From the human T2T-CHM13v2.0 reference genome, Homo sapiens: a stretch of 64,000 nt of DNA. The DNA lies in NCBI RefSeq assembly GCF_009914755.1, contig NC_060937.1; one strand, given 5' to 3'. The first letter of the stretch is position 1. Each line of letters starts with the position of its first letter. The notes below the pieces were generated by a model that searched no databases, was not told the DNA's origin, and was given only the letters and a program-made list of their open reading frames with translations. This document shows positions 57,522-64,000 of this stretch, one piece after another. Position numbers and translations under genes: made by a program.

Positions 57522-60245
57522 TCAAATATTAGAAATATCCATTGGCTTTCTCTCTCGCATATGCAAGTCAATTTTTCCTTTCAGTGGAATCTGTACTTCC
57601 AAATTTTCATCTTCCCTGGGATGCTTTTCCCCTTTCCTTAAACAGATGTATATGCCCATCCCTGTGACCAGTGTGATGGAACCCAAGCTTATTACAGACA
57701 GAGCTACTAAGGTGGGCATACAAGACACAGATTCTACCTTCCTATGAGTCGGTTCTATTGAGATTTGTGGTTCTTTCTCCTCTATATTAATCTCTGGTTC
57801 TTTTCTTAAAAGACTCTCAATGTAACTCTCATTACTGACAGTGTCATTGACAAATAGGTTCACCATGACTGTGGAGTGGAGAGGCTCGGGATAACCATGA
57901 TCACTCACTTTCACCAGTAAGCGATGGAGCCCATAATCTGTCTGCAGCAATGCCTCTTCCAAAGTAATGTTGCCAGTTTTAGGGTCAATCCTGAAGGACT
58001 CAGGCCTAGGACCTCTTCTCCCTATGATGCTGTAAGCTATGACAGCATTCATGCCTGTGTCTTTGTCGACAGCATAGACTTCTGTAACCGGGGAGCCTGG
58101 CAGAGTAGAAGGCAGTACTAACAGATAAGACATATTAGACTGAGGAAACAAAACAAGAGGAGGGTTGTCATTGATATCTAGAAGGAGAATTGTGATTTTT
58201 GCTGTAGAGGAGAGGGCAGGCTCACCCCCATCAACAGCTTCAACCCACAAAGTATAGGAGCTTTGCTGCTCTCTGTCCAAAGAGACTTTAGCCCTCAGCA
58301 TACCCTTTCCTGTATCTATGACAAAAATATCACTCTGGTTCACCACAGAGAGGGCGACCCATCCATTTCGTCCAGCGTCAGCATCTGTTACACTAATTAC
58401 TCCAATCTCACCATAGCCTGGAAAGTTTTCAGGCACAAAAAAGCTGAAGTCCTTGTTGATAAACCGAGGACTGTTGTCATTTTTATCCAACACTGTGAGG
58501 GCCACAGTGGCTACTGATTCTCTGGGTGGCTTCCCACAGTCAACAGCTCTGACAGTGTATCTGTACTTTTCTTTCTCTTCTCGGTCCAGCTGAGTAGAAA
58601 CTGTCAGAATTCCTGTGACACTGTCTAAGGAAAAATATGATGGAGCATCAGGTCCCAGAAAATATGAAACTTGGCCTCTCTCCTCGCTGTCGGCATCTGT
58701 AGCATACAGCTTAGTCAAAAAGGCATTGGGTGAGTTGTTCTCTTCGATGGTTAGTTCTATTAAGGGTTGAAGGAAAATTGGAGCATTATCATTGTCATCT
58801 AAAAGTTGCACTTTAATGACCCTTTTGACATGAAATCCCTCAGAGTTCCAAGCCACCACAGCTACTTCATAGAACTGCTGTAGCTCATAGTCCATAGGTT
58901 TTGTGGTCTCTAGTAAATATTCATTATTGTATGGTTTGTAAGGTGATAACCTAAACGGCCCTTCACCATCCAGGTAGCAGTTAACCTTGTATTTACCTTC
59001 TGGATCTCTTATGGTGAAAAACGCAATGGGAGTGTTAACGGGTTCCAGTTCTTTCAGATAAACCACACCATCTATCTCGTTTGCTATGTAACGAGGGACA
59101 ATTTCAGGGGGTCTGAAAATAACTTTAATAATGGACACAAGAGCAGTGATTACAGCAGGGATGCAGCCTGGTCCATTAGCAAGGATGGTGAGCTTGTGGG
59201 ACTCCAGAACACTTCCTCCAATCTTACTGAAAAGTTTAATGACTCCAGTGTTTTCATCCAGGTGAAATAAATCCTTAGATGCTTGTGGAACTTTCTGACT
59301 GTAAGAATAAGTAATTTGAGCATTGGTCCCCAAGTCTTTATCCACAGCCTGGACAGCTGCAATTGGGGTGCCCACTGTAGCATTCCCATACACAGTGACA
59401 TTGATTTGTGAGTCTGTGAAGAGAGGGCAATTGTCATTAATGTCACTGATGCCAATGGTGAGAGTGGCACTGCCCAAAAGTGGTGGAGACCCACCATCCT
59501 CAGCTATGATGATGCTCACATACTGGTCCTGGGTTTCCCTGTCCAAAGCACCCATGACAATTAGGTAGGGGGTGCGCTCCCCATTCTCATTCTCCTCCAC
59601 GTCCAGGGTGAACATACCATGGTAGTCCAGTAAGCGATAGGTCTGTACCCCATTAATGCCTACATCTGGGTCCACAGCAGGATGCTCTATGGCCAGTCGG
59701 GTGTTTACAGGTGCATTTTCCGGGACCCACACCGAGATCTGGGAAACAGGGAACTGCGGGGCGTTGTCATTGATGTCTCTGATGGCGATCTTCACCTTCA
59801 CAAACCTGAAGTATTCCTGAGGCAGGACAAGCACATCCAGCAGCAAAAGACAAGAGTCAGAAGGAGAGGAGGAGATGGAAACGCTGCCGCTCCACGCAGT
59901 CCCTCCACCCCCTTCAACACACAGGGCCTCCCTGTCGATCTCCTGAGCTGAAGTGTGCAGCTCCCCAGAGCGGTTGTCTAGGGTCACGTACTGGCCACTC
60001 AGTCCCCGGGAGGCCAGGCTGAAGGAGAGAGGGGGGTTCCACTCAGCACCGGTGCGCTCTGGCAGCTGCGACTGCGGGTCCGGCCTCCCTGCAGACCTGG
60101 GCAGCAGCCGCAGGTCCTCGGCCAGGCTGCCGATGAGCACCCCCGCGGGTAGTCCCTCGTTTAGGCTGTACAGAAGCTCGGTGGCCCGGCTGTAACTCCC
60201 GAGGCAGCTGAAGGGTCCCACGAAGAGGAAAAACAGAAACAGATG
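57522..60245 (-). CDS. PCDH20: Protocadherin-20, large coding exon (907 aa plus stop): signal-peptide core, cadherin repeats, TM segment, 38-aa tail
   Basis: Cadherin motifs PEN, LDRE, DxD and DxNDNxP are repeated; TM segment LVALSVISLGSITLVTGMGIYICL; acceptor CTTCCCTCCCCCCACTCCAG|CAT at 60246/60245, phase 0. With the upstream exon it gives 951 aa matching the PCDH20 protein as I recall it. Confidence 0.97.
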   Translation of the reverse strand, partial: HLFLFFLFVGPFSCLGSYSRATELLYSLNEGLPAGVLIGSLAEDLRLLPRSAGRPDPQSQLPERTGAEWNPPLSFSLASRGLSGQYVTLDNRSGELHTSAQEIDREALCVEGGGGTAWSGSVSISSSPSDSCLLLLDVLVLPQEYFRFVKVKIAIRDINDNAPQFPVSQISVWVPENAPVNTRLAIEHPAVDPDVGINGVQTYRLLDYHGMFTLDVEENENGERTPYLIVMGALDRETQDQYVSIIIAEDGGSPPLLGSATLTIGISDINDNCPLFTDSQINVTVYGNATVGTPIAAVQAVDKDLGTNAQITYSYSQKVPQASKDLFHLDENTGVIKLFSKIGGSVLESHKLTILANGPGCIPAVITALVSIIKVIFRPPEIVPRYIANEIDGVVYLKELEPVNTPIAFFTIRDPEGKYKVNCYLDGEGPFRLSPYKPYNNEYLLETTKPMDYELQQFYEVAVVAWNSEGFHVKRVIKVQLLDDNDNAPIFLQPLIELTIEENNSPNAFLTKLYATDADSEERGQVSYFLGPDAPSYFSLDSVTGILTVSTQLDREEKEKYRYTVRAVDCGKPPRESVATVALTVLDKNDNSPRFINKDFSFFVPENFPGYGEIGVISVTDADAGRNGWVALSVVNQSDIFVIDTGKGMLRAKVSLDREQQSSYTLWVEAVDGGEPALSSTAKITILLLDINDNPPLVLFPQSNMSYLLVLPSTLPGSPVTEVYAVDKDTGMNAVIAYSIIGRRGPRPESFRIDPKTGNITLEEALLQTDYGLHRLLVKVSDHGYPEPLHSTVMVNLFVNDTVSNESYIESLLRKEPEINIEEKEPQISIEPTHRKVESVSCMPTLVALSVISLGSITLVTGMGIYICLRKGEKHPREDENLEVQIPLKGKIDLHMRERKPMDISNI

Positions 60246-61305
60246 CTGGAGTGGGGGGAGGGAAGAAAGCTCATTACACACACGGGGAAATAGGGGTCCG
60301 AGAGAGAAACTAGCGCCCCTGTGATCCTTGCTGTCCCCATCCCCGTTCCCAGAAGCAAAACCTCTAATTAGAACGGGGGCGGAGAAGAACCCTGCTGCGA
60401 AGGAGAGATCTGTGGGGCAATATCGTCTCCAAAACTTAATTTTGCTGTTCACTTTCTATCCCCTCCGCCCCCGCCTTCCCCCCTCGTTTCCCCATCACCA
60501 CCCTCATCCAGCTAACATTCAGAATCCCAAACCGTAAAACATCCCTGGAAACACACACCGGAGTGGAGAGGATTCCGACTCAGAGACTGCGCAAAGCGAC
60601 ACGGAAACCCAGGGTAGGTGATGGGGAGGGAGGGGGCTGGTAGTAGAGAGCACTGAAAGGTGGGCAATTTATTTCTCCTTGAAGTGATTCTGCCATTAGA
60701 GTGCTGGAACACGCAGTGTGTTACATCCCTTACTAAGAGAACCATAAAAACAACCACAATCGCAATAATAATAATAATATAGAAAAAATACCAACACTTC
60801 CTCCTCCACCTCCAACACTTTAGGTCTTAGGTCGGAAAGAGTGATTTTTATTTTAGCACACATCTGAAATCAAACCGAAAGGATCTGGATTTCCACCCCT
60901 TACCAAGCAGTCACTAATCCCCCTCCCTTAGGGGGAAGCAAAGTAAACGCGGAAAATGGCTATGCAAAAACAATTTGTCAATTGCAGTAGGCATTCATAG
61001 CCAGACGCCAGCAGCAGGAAACGATCCCGAACCCCTGTAGCTAAAGCGGATTGAGCGCACCCCCGATGCCCTCGACCTTATCTGGATACATTTCTTGCTT
61101 CAGAAACTTCCTCTCATGACCCACGGACTTCCCTATTCCTTGTTAAAAGGAAGACACATTATCCCAAACTCCCTTTCCCTCCCGGCGCCATCCTTCCCGT
61201 GAAGTTTAGATAAAGGTAGAAGGTTTGAAAAACCATCCGAGTGGGAATTGCTTCACAATACTGCAACTTGTCGGGGTCGCGGGGTTCCTTGACCCTAACC
61301 CTTAC
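60246..61305 (-). other. PCDH20: PCDH20 intron, 1060 bp, GT-AG, phase 0
   Basis: Donor CCG|GTAAGG at 61306/61305; pyrimidine-rich acceptor ending CAG at 60246. Confidence 0.93.
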
Positions 61306-61437
61306 CGGCAGGTTCCTGTAGCTGGTGCTGCTCCTGGGACGATGTAGACGCCCCATATCCAGGCGCGGGTGCCAGGTCGCCGGGCACCAGCTCACTCCCA
61401 GGGCCTGTGAGCTGCGCGCATTCCCTCGGCCGCGCAT
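61306..61437 (-). CDS. PCDH20: Protocadherin-20, first coding exon (44 aa, MRGRGNARSS...SYRNLP)
   Basis: ATG at 61437-61435; 44 codons to a consensus donor; joins in frame to HLFLFFLFVG. Confidence 0.93.
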
Positions 61438-62330
61438 TCCCTGGGAGGCTGCAGTCAGAGCGCTCTTGAAGGGAGGGCGGCAGAAGACACTCCCTCTCGG
61501 TTCATGCAAATCGCTGGGGGAACTTCAGCCAATAGTCACTGGCTCTTCAATTAAGGACGGGAACTCAAAGAGTGGCAGAAAGGCAAGAGGGCAGAAGGGC
61601 ACATTCATGGTTTCCTGCCCCGGACGCAGGTAACTCCATACTCTGCCAGAGGAGCTGGAATGGGGGACTTGCTCCTGAAGACTGCGAAGAGGCAGCTCGG
61701 GGTTGGGCACAGTAGCGCTTACCTACCAGCCTCCTTCCTTGCCGCACCAGTCAGATGCCAAGTCCACAGGTTGCTAGCAAGAGAGGGAGAATTAAAATAA
61801 ATAAATAAGCTTGCATTTGTATATGGATGTAACAGAGAGAGGAAGTCGGCGCCACAGAGCAATCACAGGCGCGGTCCCAAAACGCCTGCTTTGCCAACAG
61901 TTCCTCCTGGAGCCTCGGATCCAGCAGTGTTGGCACAGAGAAAGAAAATGCACTTTTCTCAGCGGAGGGAAGGAATCTCAACTTCTGTGTAACGTAGGGT
62001 GAACCGGAAAAGTAAATATATGAATTCAGTGAAGGTTTCGACATACCCCAATTTTGAATCTTTGCTGTGGGCAGTGGTAGAGCTTCTGCTAGTTTCCTAG
62101 TTGGAGGCTCAAATGTCTCTGGGTGTTTGCCTTGTGGTCTTATTTTAGAGGCAGTAGTGGCTTCTGGATGCGGGGAAGAGCCAAGGGGAAAGTAGAAACA
62201 ATTGTGCTGTAACACAAGTAGTTCTGCCTGCAAGTAATCTTAAACATATTTATCTAAGCGGTAAATTGGTGTGGGGAGGGGGAGGTATTCACTGAAGCCT
62301 AGGTAAAACATTGGTTATTTTTCAAATTAG

Positions 62331-62613
62331 TCCTTCCTTCCTTGTTTCCTTCCTTCCTTCTCTCCCCCCCTCCCCTCTTTCCCCTTCCCCCTTCCCTTCT
62401 TTCCTCTTCCCTGCTTCCTTCTTTCCTTCCCCCTTCTTTCCCTCCCCCTTTCCTCCTTCCTTCCTTTCCTTCCTTCCCCTTCCCCTCTTCCCCTTCCCCC
62501 CTTCCTTTCTTCCTTCCTTCCTCCCTCCCTCCCTTACTCCCTAGCTCCCTCGCTCCCTCACTCTCTCCCTCTTTCCCTGCCTCTCTCCCTTTCTCTCTCT
62601 CTTTCTTTCTCCT
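62331..62613. repeat. Polypyrimidine/polypurine (CCTT/CCCT)n low-complexity tract
   Basis: About 280 bp that is almost exclusively C/T on the + strand. Confidence 0.95.
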
Positions 62614-62689
62614 GGATTGCCTACTGGAAAACTGGTCCTTCATAAAGGAATTGTGGAAGAGTGTGGTGCCAAATGATTGCCTATCTTCT

Positions 62690-62815
62690 ATGGCTTTGAC
62701 ACTGAATAGCTATGTAACCTGGAGTCACCTAACTCCTGGCCTTCTGTTTCCTCATTTATAAAATCAAGGCTAGTGGGATACTCCAGTGCATTAAGCCTCT
62801 GAAACACTTTTTGAT
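62690..62815 (+). mobile_element. MIR fragment
   Basis: TAGCTATGTAACCTGGAGTCACCTAACTC...TGTTTCCTCATTTATAAAAT matches the MIR core. Confidence 0.7.
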
Positions 62816-64000
62816 CTGCAGGTTGCCATGTAAGTAATGGAAAAGCCCATGATTCGGCCTTTCCTTGAGAAGACATTTCTCTTCATCGCTAGGCTTCCAG
62901 ATATCCTCTGCAGGGTCCTGAACATAAAACCTCACATGCTGAATGACCAGTGACTGAGCCTAGAGTGAAAAAAGGTCTTTGATACCTGATTTCCATATGC
63001 TTTCTGTAGGAACTACTTCAATTTTCCCCTTCCACCAAATGCTAACTAGAATATAAATTGCTTGGCTGAGCTAACTGTTTTGCTTCCTATCCTTCCTATT
63101 TTCTCCTCATTTCTAATAATCCTAAACACAGAGTCCTAAATATGGACAACACACTACATCAAAACACCTGGAGGGTAACAGCTTGTTATTGTGCAAATGG
63201 GGCTGTACATGGAGTTCACAAGTCTCTCTATAATACAAATTTGGCATACAATTTGAACCTGGCTGGTAAAATCAGTTCCTTCAAACCCTTTACAGTGAAA
63301 ATGGAGCACTGATGAAGTGGTAAACCTCAGCCCCCAATCACCATCACCCCACCCCTCACCCCCCTACCCCTCTCCCACTCCACCTCCTCCCCACCCCACA
63401 CACACACTCAAAGGAACATGCACATCTGAGTTGAAGGTTGGTAAACAAGCTGCAGCCAGGGAAGCATGATCTCCCTCCTTGTGCTTTTTAGCTGCTGGTT
63501 CTGCCCTACAGCTGAACTTTTGCCATATTAGTAAATATTTACTTTGAGGTCTGTAGTTGAAACATACTTGACTCCCCAAATCAGTACCAAGCTGCTTCTG
63601 AAACGTGTTTAACTTACATCTTTATACAATACCCACAGCTTCCCGAAGTTGGAGGCCCACGGCCAGAGTTAGGCAATCTGTCAGCAGTCAGAGAACCTGC
63701 AGTCTGCAACAATTCTCCCCCAGAGACAGAGCAGCAGAGTGGGCTGTTTATCCGCTCACAGCTCATGCCCTCTGCAACAAGTTAAGATCATCCACCTTTT
63801 TGGTGGAAACGTAGGGAGCTATTTTCTTCATTTTTCCTTTGTTATAAGGACATTGTACAGGAGCTGTTGTTTATGATGATAGTCCAGGTGAAGTGACATT
63901 TTCTCTTTGTAATTATATCTCAAGTTTTTACTTTTCCCTGGCCCCTTACTCTCCCTTTCCCTACTTTGCAGTGGTTGCTTGTAGTACAGATGCACTTCCT

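Larger units (their letters stand above)
59880..61880. promoter_or_regulatory. PCDH20: CpG-rich region over the PCDH20 promoter, first coding exon and start of the large exon
   Basis: Visibly high GC and CpG density (CGCGCG, GGCCGCGC) against a CpG-depleted window. GC-box-like GGGAGGGCGG at 61471-61480, octamer ATGCAAAT at 61504-61511, CCAAT at 61529-61533. Limits approximate. Confidence 0.7.

Noticed and set aside
60246-60452. 69-aa N-terminal part of the 976-aa ORF
   Set aside because: It starts at GTG, has no in-frame ATG, and lies in the intron upstream of a clear CAG acceptor. The real N-terminus comes from 61437-61306.
57514-60537. Antisense and alternative-frame ORFs within PCDH20
   Set aside because: They are short shadow frames of a long coding exon with no independent support.
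61159-61305. C-terminal part of the 116-aa ORF 61159-61509
   Set aside because: It is read-through past the GTAAGG donor into intron sequence.
62299-62761. Pro/Ser/Phe-rich and Gly/Glu/Lys/Arg-rich ORFs
   Set aside because: They are artefacts of the stop-poor polypyrimidine tract.

Overview
This is AT-rich primate genomic DNA, almost certainly human, and appears to be the PCDH20 (protocadherin-20) locus. The only protein-coding gene I can support is PCDH20 on the minus strand: coding exon 61437-61306, a 1060-bp GT-AG intron, and a large coding exon 60245-57522, which splice to give 951 aa. The ~1.9-kb 3'UTR ends near a poly(A) signal at 55641-55650, and a CpG-rich promoter region lies around 61.3-61.9 kb. 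The first ~55 kb is a gene-free downstream region dense in interspersed repeats: L1PA/L1M, Alu, L2, MIR, THE1/MLT/LTR40 LTRs and MER DNA transposons. Repeat subfamily names come from recalled consensus features, not from a RepeatMasker run. I found no new multi-gene biological system. The most notable observations are: an L1-retroposed, polyadenylated ERV-LTR fragment with a 17-bp TSD; an old ~500-bp direct duplication not explained by a repeat I recognise; a near-full-length L1 with most of ORF1 deleted and an Alu splitting its TSD; a candidate 51-nt upstream exon; a calcium-motif-deficient cadherin repeat; and several candidate regulatory motifs in the 3'UTR.
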